Shown here in pieces: positions 17,933-27,330 of a stretch of 64,000 bases of DNA. The translations under genes and the position numbers were made by a program. Positions within the stretch are counted from its first letter, which is position 1. Each line of letters starts with the position of its first letter. Source of the stretch: a virus. Its lineage: Duplodnaviria; Caudoviricetes. The notes under the pieces were generated by a model that did no database searches, was not told where the DNA came from, and saw only the letters and a program-made list of their open reading frames with translations. The stretch lies in IMG/VR virus record IMGVR_UViG_3300012956_000012, positions 1 to 64,000 of that record; one strand, 5' to 3'.

Positions 17933-18692
17933 AACAGATCCGTATTACAAAGGTGTTAAACTAGGTAGGGATTTTGAAAAATTCCCCATAGTTCCAATAA
18001 AAGTTGTTAAATACCCTTACTTTATTGTAGGCATAGATGGCCTTAGTATTGCAATTAAACCAGAATTTGAAAACGTAGGTACACTTTACACTAATTATCC
18101 TAAACATTGGATTACTCCAGAAGACTTACAAGCTGCAATGGAATTCACAGATTATGTGGAGGCTACTGGTGGTAACTACTTTAACGTAATAAACGACCTT
18201 TTATCCACAGAGTATGTGAATCTCCTTTCTACAGGTATGCTGTATGAATGGATTCCAGAAGCAAGCGGCTTAATTTTAAAAGATGTGAAGCTACTTAAAA
18301 ATTGGTTATTTAAAACTGGTGAAGATTCTTTGAATACTGTAAGGAGATACCTTGCTCGTAAGGGTGTGGAGACGGATGACTTCCAGCGTGGAGGGTTTAC
18401 TTTTAAATACTCAAGACCTGGTAATACCAACCTTTCTGATATTTTGCCAAAAGGTTTTATTGAATTAAACATTATGCAAGCCCAAGGTTACTTCGTTGGT
18501 GAATGGAAGATGGAGCCAGAAACAAGTGGTAGACGAGTACTTACAAAAACTGGGTGGAAAGGTGTTAAGAATTTTGTAGCTAAGTATCCTCCAGAAAGTT
18601 TTAGTGTAACTTATAATGGAGTTAAGTACGAGATTGAGGATAACGCTGAATTATTTAAAAAACTATTTGAGAAGGACTTTAATGGACAATAG
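17913..18692 (+). CDS. hypothetical protein
   Basis: 259-aa ORF overlapping both neighbours. Confidence 0.65.
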   Translation: MILRTDKTDPYYKGVKLGRDFEKFPIVPIKVVKYPYFIVGIDGLSIAIKPEFENVGTLYTNYPKHWITPEDLQAAMEFTDYVEATGGNYFNVINDLLSTEYVNLLSTGMLYEWIPEASGLILKDVKLLKNWLFKTGEDSLNTVRRYLARKGVETDDFQRGGFTFKYSRPGNTNLSDILPKGFIELNIMQAQGYFVGEWKMEPETSGRRVLTKTGWKGVKNFVAKYPPESFSVTYNGVKYEIEDNAELFKKLFEKDFNGQ

Positions 18693-19776
18693 AATACAAA
18701 AAGTAAGTGCTGCAGCTACAGAGGCTTTCACTGAGTTGAAACAGATTCAAACTGGTGAAAAACCTCTTGTTAAAACAGGTACTCAGATGATTGATTGCCA
18801 TATTGGTGGTTTGTTACCTTCTGATGTTGTTGTTATTGCTGGAGCTCCTAGTAGTGGAAAGAGTGAGACCTTGTACGGAATGCTGGACCAAATGTTAGAT
18901 ACTAATTTGAACCCTACGGCGGGTAAGTATGTTAGCCTAGAGTTCTCATTTGAGATGAAGTTCCTGAACAAAATTCTTAGAAAAACACATTCATTGCTAG
19001 GCTTGAAGAAGAGTGAGATACTCTTTTCAACATTTGAAGGCCAAAATAGAGAAAAAGTTGCTGAATATTTTAATGACTTGCAGGACGATCGTAGGTATGT
19101 TTGCCAATCTCCAGTGTCAAGTGATGAGTTCTATACCATGGCTAGGCAGTTTTGTCTAGAACATGCAGATAAGGAAGCTATTTTACTAAGTGTCGATCAC
19201 CTTTTACTTTTCTCCGGATCTGATAAACAATTGGTTCTTGAAAAAGTTTGTGAAGCTGTGAACTTACTAAAGATCGAATTCAAGAACGTATACTTCTTTT
19301 TGCTGAGTCAGTTGAATAGGACCAGCCAGTTACTTCCAAAAGATAAGGATAACAGTATGATGCCAAACAATTCTATGCTATTTGGTAGCTCATTCGTAGA
19401 GCACTTGGCAAACTATATTGTCATCATTACAAATCCTTTTTTGGCTGGTATCACTCAATACTTAAAGGTGAACAACACTCGTTACCAGTGGTTAGAATCT
19501 TTTTATGGTGATAGAGATGGTAAGGGTAGAGTGTCTTTTAAGACTTTGGGTAATCTATTTTACTTTGTTACTAAGATGCGTGAGTCTGATAACTCTTATA
19601 AGAATTTGTTTATAAAGGCTATGGATCTTACTGAAGAACAGAAAGAACGAATGGAAGCTGCAGTGGAAGCACCAGCAGAGCCAACTAGTATGCCAGTATT
19701 TGATTCCATTAAAGGCTTTAACACTGACGCTTTGCAAAACAATCAAGGTGTTGATTTTAATGATCCTTTTAGTTAA
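18682..19776 (+). CDS. dnaB: DnaB-like (SF4) replicative helicase
   Basis: Walker A AGAPSSGKS, FSFEM, Walker B LLSVDHL, LSQLNR; ATG 18682 preferred. Confidence 0.85.
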   Translation: MDNRIQKVSAAATEAFTELKQIQTGEKPLVKTGTQMIDCHIGGLLPSDVVVIAGAPSSGKSETLYGMLDQMLDTNLNPTAGKYVSLEFSFEMKFLNKILRKTHSLLGLKKSEILFSTFEGQNREKVAEYFNDLQDDRRYVCQSPVSSDEFYTMARQFCLEHADKEAILLSVDHLLLFSGSDKQLVLEKVCEAVNLLKIEFKNVYFFLLSQLNRTSQLLPKDKDNSMMPNNSMLFGSSFVEHLANYIVIITNPFLAGITQYLKVNNTRYQWLESFYGDRDGKGRVSFKTLGNLFYFVTKMRESDNSYKNLFIKAMDLTEEQKERMEAAVEAPAEPTSMPVFDSIKGFNTDALQNNQGVDFNDPFS

Positions 19777-19821
19777 CAGACGTTAAAAGTTATAAAATAT
19801 CATATTTTCTTATTAATTTTG
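19772..19821 (+). promoter_or_regulatory. putative promoter: GTTAA-N5-GTTAA box plus TAATTTTG
   Basis: gttaac 19772, gttaaa 19782, taattttg 19814-19821. Confidence 0.6.
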
Positions 19822-19825
19822 AATT

Positions 19826-20077
19826 ATGAGAAAGGTAACGATACAAATAGAAGACGACGAGGTACCTATGGACATGGCCGTTAAGGTAGTTACTGAGGTT
19901 CTTAAATTAGGTAAAATAGAACTTAATTGTAAAGGGTATCCAAAATACAGGAGTACAACTGTATTTAAAAATGGAGTTAGAGTTGTGAATGCAAGCACTA
20001 ATTCAGCACATACAGAACATTTTAAAGTTGATAAATATGTCTTGGACAAAAACAAACAAAGTAAGAGTAAAGTATAA
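19826..20077 (+). CDS. hypothetical protein
   Basis: ORF after the promoter. Confidence 0.55.
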   Translation: MRKVTIQIEDDEVPMDMAVKVVTEVLKLGKIELNCKGYPKYRSTTVFKNGVRVVNASTNSAHTEHFKVDKYVLDKNKQSKSKV

Positions 20078-20519
20078 TATTCCTATAGCAGAGGACACTT
20101 GGTGGGAAAAAGGTACAGAAACAGATGTAGAGTATTTTACCAAGGGTGTGGATTTTTCAGAAGTACTTGAAGACTTGTATGAACACAGTTCTTGTGAAGG
20201 TGACTACAAAGCTTTAGGAGACACAGTGTACAGAGTTCTGTATAAAGATACATGGATTGTAAAATCTGTACGGTTTACAGAGGATCACTTAGATCCAACA
20301 AAAGAGGTATTCCCTACTCATGAATTAGCAGGTGCTAGATGTAGGGAAATTATTGACAGTAGGAGAGTATTAAATACTAGTTCAGCTATCAATACTTATT
20401 TAAACACTATTGATATATTAAGCTCTAAAGAAGTTAGTAAAACACCTTTTGGAGAGTTAGTGCGTGATATGGATGCTATAAAAGCCTGTGTAAAGGATCT
20501 AAAGAGGTTGTTGCAATGA
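20037..20519 (+). CDS. hypothetical protein
   Basis: ORF in operon; ATG 20037 preferred. Confidence 0.6.
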   Translation: MSWTKTNKVRVKYNIPIAEDTWWEKGTETDVEYFTKGVDFSEVLEDLYEHSSCEGDYKALGDTVYRVLYKDTWIVKSVRFTEDHLDPTKEVFPTHELAGARCREIIDSRRVLNTSSAINTYLNTIDILSSKEVSKTPFGELVRDMDAIKACVKDLKRLLQ

Positions 20520-20845
20520 TAGCTGCTCCACTACAGAAGGTATATTGCCATAATTGCTTGAAAGAGGTGCTTTTCAAAGGTTTTGATTGCAGCTGCGAGG
20601 GTAGAAAAAAAGCTTTGGTGTTTAATGGTCAGTATGTTGATTACTCTAATATTCATTTTAAGCTTGAAGCTGGTAATCCTACTCTTTTTGATTTTCATGT
20701 AACTATAGATGATCTAATAAGAGGTCAAAAAATTAAAGCTACATTTCAGGAGTATATTCCATTCACAGCTATTGAAAACTTAAATAAGTGTAAATTAATA
20801 ACAGTAAACCCAAATATAAGATATGAAAATAAGGTGGGAGAATAG
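20516..20845 (+). CDS. hypothetical protein (Cys motif)
   Basis: CHNC...CSC. Confidence 0.55.
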   Translation: MIAAPLQKVYCHNCLKEVLFKGFDCSCEGRKKALVFNGQYVDYSNIHFKLEAGNPTLFDFHVTIDDLIRGQKIKATFQEYIPFTAIENLNKCKLITVNPNIRYENKVGE

Positions 20846-21146
20846 GTACTCAGATACCTCAGAAAACGATGACAGAGGTAGGTGGGCTAGAATAGCTTGG
20901 ATTGGAAAGTTTAGGTGGACAAAAGGAAAACGTCAAAAGACAGTTTTTGAATTAGCCTGGGTAGAGAAATTAGTAGTAAGTAAGGCATCTGGAAATATGT
21001 ATTCGATTAGATATAAGTTTCCTGATCAAGGTGTATACTTAGCAAAGTCAGAACAAGAAGCCAAGTTAGAGGTAGAGAGAGCTTGGAGAATTTTTAAACA
21101 AGAAACCTCTTGGTGGAGAGGGATTTTAAACAAAATATCAAGATAA
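20823..21146 (+). CDS. hypothetical protein (Trp-rich, basic)
   Basis: ORF in operon. Confidence 0.55.
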   Translation: MKIRWENRYSDTSENDDRGRWARIAWIGKFRWTKGKRQKTVFELAWVEKLVVSKASGNMYSIRYKFPDQGVYLAKSEQEAKLEVERAWRIFKQETSWWRGILNKISR

Positions 21147-21159
21147 TTGCAGTTTTATT

Positions 21160-21750
21160 ATGAAAGTATTTGAAACAGTTTTTAATAGAGACAATTTTTG
21201 GGAGTTCACAGCTGATGAATTCCTAGTGCATCCAGAGTTAGTTGCAGAACATTTTGAAATTAAGTTGGAGGATATTAAGAGTATATCTGAAGAGAAGGAC
21301 AAACCATTACGTAACCAGTTGAAACGAGACATCTTGCCGGCGGCTAATTTCTACGAGGATTCTATTTTTACAATTGACATTGATAACATTTACAATGATC
21401 AGGTTAAGAAAACTAAGATCGTAAATAAGCTTAAGAAGCTAGATGATTGTTTTGCAGTTAAGGAATCCGTGAGTGGTGGATTATCAGCTTTCTTTAAGTT
21501 TGAGTGCACACCAGCTGAGTTTCCTTTTGTGTATTACAAAAAGTACTTAGAGCTCACTTTGTTGCTTGCAGTGAATATCGATTTCCTTCCGGACATTGGT
21601 AGGTTAAGATACCTTTCTTTAGGTGAGGTATTCCATTACAATCCTAACAGTGAGGTGTTAACTGAAATGATTGAAGTAGATGTGCTTCCTGTGATCAATG
21701 CAAATGTATCTGTTGAAGAGGGGAGGAGAGTGATTTATGGTAGTAGGTAA
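21160..21750 (+). CDS. BT4734/VirE N-terminal-like (AEP superfamily) protein
   Basis: LKRDILPA, FTIDIDN (DxD), SVSGGLSAFF, DIGRLRYLS. Confidence 0.6.
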   Translation: MKVFETVFNRDNFWEFTADEFLVHPELVAEHFEIKLEDIKSISEEKDKPLRNQLKRDILPAANFYEDSIFTIDIDNIYNDQVKKTKIVNKLKKLDDCFAVKESVSGGLSAFFKFECTPAEFPFVYYKKYLELTLLLAVNIDFLPDIGRLRYLSLGEVFHYNPNSEVLTEMIEVDVLPVINANVSVEEGRRVIYGSR

Positions 21751-21961
21751 GATACTTGGCCGAGTAATATTGTTTACTCCAATGTTAATTGTAGCCTTAT
21801 ACGCAGCTCTAAGATCAACAGTCAAATTTATGTGGTTATTTATTGCGTATGGTGGTGAAACGATTGTCTACGAGAAAGATACTAAAGTTTCTATGATTGA
21901 CATCCATGAACAATTGAAAAAGATGTTAACAGAAATTAACGAAAAGCCTGCAGAGATGTAG
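21737..21961 (+). CDS. hypothetical membrane protein
   Basis: hydrophobic N-terminal half. Confidence 0.55.
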   Translation: MVVGKILGRVILFTPMLIVALYAALRSTVKFMWLFIAYGGETIVYEKDTKVSMIDIHEQLKKMLTEINEKPAEM

Positions 21962-21980
21962 GCTTTTTTGTTTAACTTTG
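21925..21980 (+). promoter_or_regulatory. putative promoter (variant box gttaac-N4-attaac plus TAACTTTG)
   Basis: gttaac 21925, attaac 21935, taactttg 21973-21980; spacing 38 rather than 32-33. Confidence 0.45.
21942..21969 (+). terminator. intrinsic terminator
   Basis: aaaagcctgca-gaga-tgtaggctttt plus T run. Confidence 0.75.
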
Positions 21981-22010
21981 TAAAATAGATAAAGTACTTA
22001 ACAAAAAACA

Positions 22011-22220
22011 TTGAAGATGAATTACGAGGTAAATTATATTGATTGGATTCAATGCGGAATTGATGAAACAGAATTAGAGGTTGACAACATCAATATCTTT
22101 GGAAAGTTTTCAGATGCTAAAAAAGAATTAATTCGAAGAGCTGTTTCTAATAGGAATGAGGTAGCTGAAAGAGTTAATGAAATACGATTACTAACAAAAA
22201 ATGATTTTGGAGTAAAATAA
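22011..22220 (+). CDS. hypothetical protein
   Basis: ORF after the promoter. Confidence 0.55.
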   Translation: MKMNYEVNYIDWIQCGIDETELEVDNINIFGKFSDAKKELIRRAVSNRNEVAERVNEIRLLTKNDFGVK

Positions 22221-22238
22221 CGAATTTAATCCGTATAA

Positions 22239-22490
22239 GTGATGGGGATAAGGTTAAGAGTAAAGAACGGCCGGTACGAGTTACTAGATGATTCTGGTAA
22301 AGAGTTTAAAGATGCTAAGTTATCCATGAAGAATTGTCTTGAAATGGACGGTTTTGATGATGTAGATGAATGGGATGTAGAAATCGAATTAGAACCTTAT
22401 GGTGATTTTGTGGATGATGGAAATACTCATGTTATTTCTGTAAGGCCGAAGTTGGATCCAGATGGTTGTGTAATACTTAGAAGGATATGA
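22239..22490 (+). CDS. hypothetical protein (paralog of 27771-28373)
   Basis: KLSMKNC, EWDVEIE, RPKLDPDGCVIL. Confidence 0.7.
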   Translation: MMGIRLRVKNGRYELLDDSGKEFKDAKLSMKNCLEMDGFDDVDEWDVEIELEPYGDFVDDGNTHVISVRPKLDPDGCVILRRI

Positions 22491-22657
22491 AGACAGGAGT
22501 ACAGATTAGAGAAGAGAATGAAAGAATGCGAGAAGCTTTAGCTGAGGTTAGAGAGTTTCTAAATCACATACAACCAAAGGTAGGTCATTATGCCTTTATG
22601 GAGATTAGTGACATAGTTGATCATGCTTTAGGTATCGATGATGGTGAAACCTTTTAA
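22487..22657 (+). CDS. small hypothetical protein (56 aa, not in ORF track)
   Basis: MKTGVQIREENERMREALAEVREFL...; ATGA overlap with the upstream gene. Confidence 0.5.
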   Translation: MKTGVQIREENERMREALAEVREFLNHIQPKVGHYAFMEISDIVDHALGIDDGETF

Positions 22658-23012
22658 AGTAATCATAGCTGGTGGGCGAGATTTTGACAACTATGATCTT
22701 TTGAAAACTAGCTGTGATAATATTCTTAAATGGAAAAAGGAAGTTCAAATAGTTAGTGGTCGGGCTGTTGGTGCTGATGCACTTGGTGAAAGATACGCTA
22801 TTGAAAAGGGATTTGTTATTAAGATATTTCCTGCTGATTGGTTTAGCCATGGTAGAGCTGCCGGACCAATGCGTAACCAGGAGATGGCAGATTACGCTGA
22901 TGCATTGATAGCTTTCTGGGATGGAAAAAGTACTGGTACGGCGGATATGATTAGACGTGCTGAAAATAATAAGTTGAATATAAGAATTATAAGGTATGAA
23001 AAAGTATTGTGA
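22638..23012 (+). CDS. SLOG-family (YspA/DUF2493-like) protein
   Basis: KVIIAGGRDF, IVSGRAVGADALGE, AGPMRNQEM, IAFWDGKSTGT. Confidence 0.88.
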   Translation: MMVKPFKVIIAGGRDFDNYDLLKTSCDNILKWKKEVQIVSGRAVGADALGERYAIEKGFVIKIFPADWFSHGRAAGPMRNQEMADYADALIAFWDGKSTGTADMIRRAENNKLNIRIIRYEKVL

Positions 23013-23175
23013 AAACTGCAGTAAGGAGGTGGACAGTGAGGATGTTATAAGTACACTTCCTTGGGAATACAGAACTGTACGTATTACAGAAGCATTGAAT
23101 AACATTATTAGAAACTTAGGAACCATTCCTATCGAGGAACTTGAAAAACTGGGGAATACTTATGGAACTAGATAA
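22996..23175 (+). CDS. small hypothetical protein (59 aa, not in ORF track)
   Basis: MKKYCENCSKEV...; fills the gap before the polymerase. Confidence 0.5.
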   Translation: MKKYCENCSKEVDSEDVISTLPWEYRTVRITEALNNIIRNLGTIPIEELEKLGNTYGTR

Positions 23176-25171
23176 TGTATATGTAGCCGATATAGAAACT
23201 AAAGGCATGTTGGAAGACTTGCATGGGTCTGATGATTTTCATGTCTTATCTGTAGGTTGGAAGGTCGAAAATAAGTGGAGAGTAAAATCTACAAATAGTT
23301 TAGAGGCTATACAGAAGGTTTTTTGTAACAGCTCAAATGTTATTGTCATGCATAATGGTTATCGATACGATGTACCAGCCTTGGAAAAAATGTTTGGCTT
23401 TAAGGTAACTGCTACTATTATAGACTCTTTACCTTTAGCTTGGTACTTACATCCGGGTAGGTTAAGATATGGTTTAGAAGTGTATGGGGAAGAGTATGGA
23501 ATAAAGAAACCAGAGATTACAGATTGGTCCAATCTAACGTATGAAGAGTACTGTCATCGATGTGAAGAAGATGTCAAGATTAACATCTCATTATGGGAAG
23601 ATCTTTTAAAAAAACTTAATAGATTATACACTTCAAATCCAGAAGATAGGCTTCGTATTATCCGTTTTCTTAACTTCAATATGATTCTTGCACATAAGCA
23701 GGAAATAGAAGGTATTGCTGTAGATACTGAAAAACTCTTTAGCAATATAAAGCACTTTTCAGAACTGAAACAAGATAAGATAAGTCAGCTGACAGAAGCT
23801 ATGCCTAAAGTGCCTATAAAGAAAGTGCTAACATATCCTAAAAAAGGCTTGTATAAGAAAGATGGTTCCCTATCAGTTGCTGGTAAGAAGTATCTAGATA
23901 TAGTAGTAGCTTGTGGACTTCCTGTTGAGTATACAGGGCCTATTGAAGTAATAACTGGACTTGAAGATGCTAATCCTAACTCAGTTGATCAGAAGAAAAA
24001 ATGGTTGTACTCGCTAGGTTGGATTCCAGAAACTTTTAAACACAACCGTAATAAAGAGACTGGTGAGGTTAAAGTAGTTGAACAGATAATGACAGAAGAA
24101 AAAATGCTATGTCCTAGCGTTTTGAAACTTTTAGATAAGGAGCCGGCTATTGAAGCCTTAGATGGATTAACTGTACTTACACATAGGTTAGGTATTTTAA
24201 AAGGTTTTGAGAAAGGTATAAACGATAAAGGTAAAATACATCAGGGTCTATCTTCTTTGGCTGTTACTCTTCGTTGGATGCATAAATACATTGTTAACTT
24301 ACCTCGCTATACTGGTACGGGTGATATTAGGGATGGAAGATGGATTAGAGAGTGCCTTGTTCCGGGGGAAGGAAACATTATTGTACAAAGTGATTTAAGT
24401 GGTATTGAGTCTAGAACCTCAGATCATTATACTTTCCATATAAATCCAGAAAGGATAAAAAAGACAAAGGAAAAATATTATGATACTCACACTGAAATTT
24501 CAGTTACAGCTAATTTGATGACTGTAGATGAAGAGATTTGGTTTAAGTACGAAAAGGAAATGGCAGATGGTAATACAAGTGTTACTCCTGAAACTTTTGG
24601 AACTCCGGGTGAGCAGTTTTATGAGTTATGTAAGCTTGAAGGAGCAGCTAAGAAAGATAAAATGAATCAGCTAAAGGTCTCAAGATCAAAGGGTAAGACA
24701 ACAAATTACGCCTCGCTTTATCTCGTAGGTGCTGAAACTTTGGCTAGAAACTTAGAAATTACTAAGTCTGAGGCTCAAAAATTGATAGATGCTTATTGGG
24801 AAGTTAACTTCGCTGTAAAGGTAGCCTCTGAGAATTTTAACATAGTTCAAGTAGAAGGAGAAAATTGGGTGTTCAATCCCATCTCAAGGTTTTGGATGCA
24901 TTGTAGAGATACCAGAAATGTGTTCTCCGTAGTTAATCAATCTAGCGCTGTATTCTGTTTCAACGTTTGGGTAATGAATTGTACCTCTCAAGGTATCTGG
25001 CCAGTAACACAAAGTCATGACGATCAACTTTACGTTGTGCCAGAACACTTAGGGCAAGAGACAGTTGAAAAAATAAATAGAGCAATGGAGATGACAAATG
25101 CACAACTTAAATTGAATGTAGAATTAGCTTGTGAGACTCAAACAGGCTATACAGTAGCAGAAACACATTAG
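23162..25171 (+). CDS. polA: family A DNA polymerase with 3'-5' exonuclease domain
   Basis: VADIET, HNGYRYD, RCEEDV; motif A QSDLSGIESR, motif B RSKGKTTNYASLY, motif C SHDD; ATG 23162 preferred. Confidence 0.92.
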   Translation: MELDNVYVADIETKGMLEDLHGSDDFHVLSVGWKVENKWRVKSTNSLEAIQKVFCNSSNVIVMHNGYRYDVPALEKMFGFKVTATIIDSLPLAWYLHPGRLRYGLEVYGEEYGIKKPEITDWSNLTYEEYCHRCEEDVKINISLWEDLLKKLNRLYTSNPEDRLRIIRFLNFNMILAHKQEIEGIAVDTEKLFSNIKHFSELKQDKISQLTEAMPKVPIKKVLTYPKKGLYKKDGSLSVAGKKYLDIVVACGLPVEYTGPIEVITGLEDANPNSVDQKKKWLYSLGWIPETFKHNRNKETGEVKVVEQIMTEEKMLCPSVLKLLDKEPAIEALDGLTVLTHRLGILKGFEKGINDKGKIHQGLSSLAVTLRWMHKYIVNLPRYTGTGDIRDGRWIRECLVPGEGNIIVQSDLSGIESRTSDHYTFHINPERIKKTKEKYYDTHTEISVTANLMTVDEEIWFKYEKEMADGNTSVTPETFGTPGEQFYELCKLEGAAKKDKMNQLKVSRSKGKTTNYASLYLVGAETLARNLEITKSEAQKLIDAYWEVNFAVKVASENFNIVQVEGENWVFNPISRFWMHCRDTRNVFSVVNQSSAVFCFNVWVMNCTSQGIWPVTQSHDDQLYVVPEHLGQETVEKINRAMEMTNAQLKLNVELACETQTGYTVAETH

Positions 25172-25172
25172 T

Positions 25173-25222
25173 GTTAAAGGATGTTAAAGAAAAATGAGGT
25201 TGTTTTATTATTTGTACATTTG
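25173..25222 (+). promoter_or_regulatory. putative promoter: GTTAA-N5-GTTAA box plus TACATTTG
   Basis: gttaaa 25173 and 25183; tacatttg 25215-25222. Confidence 0.65.
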
Positions 25223-25225
25223 TGT

Positions 25226-25609
25226 ATGAGAAAGTTGATTTTAATAATTGTTATTCTTCTATGTAGCTTAGGGTTATATGGACAGAAGGTGGAAGTTATA
25301 GGTACACATGTGGCCTTTAATTTTAATAGTGAAGGATGGTCTGATTTTAAAGAGTGTTTAGTACCTATTGTTTTTTATGAAGATGTTGTTTTGATTAAAT
25401 CAGAGGAACCAATATCTTTCCGGGTTTTTAAAAAGGAACCAAGTTATATTGATGGGGGAAAGCAGGAGGTGATGATCTTACACTCCAAAGATAATGTTGG
25501 AGAAGTTTGTGAGATTTGGGTTGTTAAAGATGTGGATGATGATACTCATGGCAACGTGTTTATCTTCTATCCTTTTGTTTCAGTTGGCTATAGAGTTGAG
25601 TTTTTATGA
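25226..25609 (+). CDS. putative secreted/periplasmic protein
   Basis: signal-peptide-like MRKLILIIVILLCSLGLYG-Q. Confidence 0.65.
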   Translation: MRKLILIIVILLCSLGLYGQKVEVIGTHVAFNFNSEGWSDFKECLVPIVFYEDVVLIKSEEPISFRVFKKEPSYIDGGKQEVMILHSKDNVGEVCEIWVVKDVDDDTHGNVFIFYPFVSVGYRVEFL

Positions 25610-26583
25610 GTAATCTAGTAGAAGCAGCTAAAGAACTTTTAAGTAAGGGGTATTCGGTTATTCCGGTTAATAGTAACAAATTACCAGCTATGGATGGTTG
25701 GGGGATCTATCAAGCTAAGGCTATGGATATCTCGCAAGCTGAACGCTTTTTTAAAAATGCATCTGGTATTGCAATGTTAATGGGCGGTAGTAAATCTTTG
25801 ACTGGATTAGACTTTGACTTGAAATACTCCCTAACATCTGATTTTTACGATCGGTTTAAAGCTTTGATTCCAGTTTCTATCTTGGAGAAGATGTTTGTGC
25901 AAAGTACACGTAATGGTGGCTTTCACTGGGTGTGGAGTTGTCCAGAAAGAGTTGAAGGAAATCAGAAGTTAGCTCAACGATTAACTACTCCAGAAGAAAA
26001 GCATGAGGTTTATATTCAAGCGTTTCAAGATGTTAATACTCGTCCAAATGCTGTGAAGATTGCTTCAAATCACAAGGTAAAAGTTTTGGTTGAAACTCGT
26101 GGAGAAGGTGGGTATATTTTGGTTACACCTACACCTGGTTATACGTATGTGTACGGTAAGATAAATACTTTGACAGCTGCAGAACATGATTTGATCTTAG
26201 AAACAGCTAGACAGTTTAATGAGTACTTCGAGCCGATTAAAAACTTACGTATGTACGATAAATCTGAAAATGGGGTGAATCCATTTGAAGAGTTCAAAGA
26301 ACGTGGTGATACTGTTAAACTGCTACTGGAGAATGGTTGGACGATCACTTCAGAGAATAAGTACAATATTCGGTTTAGAAGACCGGGTTCAGAGGCTTCT
26401 CCATCTTCAGCAATGTACGATGTGGCTTCTAAAGTTTTGAATGTATTTAGTACAAGTACACAGTTTGATGTAAACAGGGGATATTCTCCGGCAAGTGTGT
26501 TTATCGAGTTAGAAGCAGATGGTGATCCTTCGTTGGCTTATCAGAAGCTTTGTGAATTGGGTTATAATGTAAAAGTAGAATAA
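25606..26583 (+). CDS. bifunctional primase-polymerase (Prim-Pol, AEP) domain protein
   Basis: GYSVIPV, GLDFDLK, QSTRNGGFHW, ETRGEGGYILVTP. Confidence 0.88.
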   Translation: MSNLVEAAKELLSKGYSVIPVNSNKLPAMDGWGIYQAKAMDISQAERFFKNASGIAMLMGGSKSLTGLDFDLKYSLTSDFYDRFKALIPVSILEKMFVQSTRNGGFHWVWSCPERVEGNQKLAQRLTTPEEKHEVYIQAFQDVNTRPNAVKIASNHKVKVLVETRGEGGYILVTPTPGYTYVYGKINTLTAAEHDLILETARQFNEYFEPIKNLRMYDKSENGVNPFEEFKERGDTVKLLLENGWTITSENKYNIRFRRPGSEASPSSAMYDVASKVLNVFSTSTQFDVNRGYSPASVFIELEADGDPSLAYQKLCELGYNVKVE

Positions 26584-26584
26584 A

Positions 26585-26608
26585 ATGGAAACAAAATTTG
26601 TACCGTAA
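26585..26608 (+). pseudogene. orphaned 5' end (METKFVP*) of the gene at 27305-27796
   Basis: ATG 1 nt after the prim-pol stop; peptide aligns with MESLFCP-YEQ after the GIY-YIG gene. Confidence 0.55.
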
Positions 26609-26625
26609 TTTTGTATATTAGTAAT

Positions 26626-27330
26626 ATGAAAACATATATTTATATACTACAAGACCCAAGAAATAATTTAGTAAAATATGTTGGTAAATCCAATAATCCA
26701 CGTAGAAGATATACTTCTCACCTAGTTTATACTCCAAAAAATAAAAGTCATTGCCATAGATGGATCCAAAGTCTTAAGAAAAAAGGATTAAAGCCTATTA
26801 TGACAGTTATTGATGAGATAACTGGAGATTGGGAATGGCTAGAGCAATACTGGATTGAACAATTTAAACATTGGGGATTTGTATTAACGAATCATACAAA
26901 AGGAGGTGAAGGTACTTATGGTGCAGGTCAATGGAATAATGTATCTGTAACAGCTTTTACAAAAGAAGGTGTAATAATTAAATCTTTTGAGTCACAAAAA
27001 CAGTGTGCTCAATATTTTAACACTACACAAAGCAATGTCAAAGCTGTAGTTACAGGTAAAAACATTCTACTATTAAAAAAATATCAAATAAAATTTGGTA
27101 TTCTAAAAGAAAACATTAATCCTGCACCAAAATATAAACCTTATGAGTGGAGTAATAAACCTGATACTCATTGGTTATCTAAACAAATAAAATGTGTTGA
27201 AGATGATTTAGTTTTTAACTCTCAGACAGATGCAGCTAAACATTACAACATACTAGTAACAACAATTAATAACATTATAAATGGAAGAAGTAAAAAAACA
27301 AGGGGTGGAAAGTCTTTTCTGCCCTTATGA
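26626..27330 (+). mobile_element. free-standing GIY-YIG homing endonuclease with NUMOD1-like C-terminal repeats
   Basis: YIYIL...KYVGKSNNPRRRY..H, EQYWI, LTNHTKGG; two FxSQxxxAxxxN HTH repeats; more AT-rich than neighbours. Confidence 0.85.

Noticed and set aside
22605-23126. 173-aa - strand ORF and the other short antisense or nested ORFs in the track
   Set aside because: They overlap well-supported genes on the opposite strand or in another frame, run against the arm polarity and show no motifs.
7776-25171. Inteins in NrdJ, DnaB or PolA
   Set aside because: Protein lengths are ordinary and no intein splice-junction or LAGLIDADG motifs were seen.
26602-27321. Group I intron around the GIY-YIG gene
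   Set aside because: A U|...G| junction is formally possible, but the ORF fills nearly the whole insert and no ribozyme core (P7 etc.) is recognisable. Kept only as a minor alternative.
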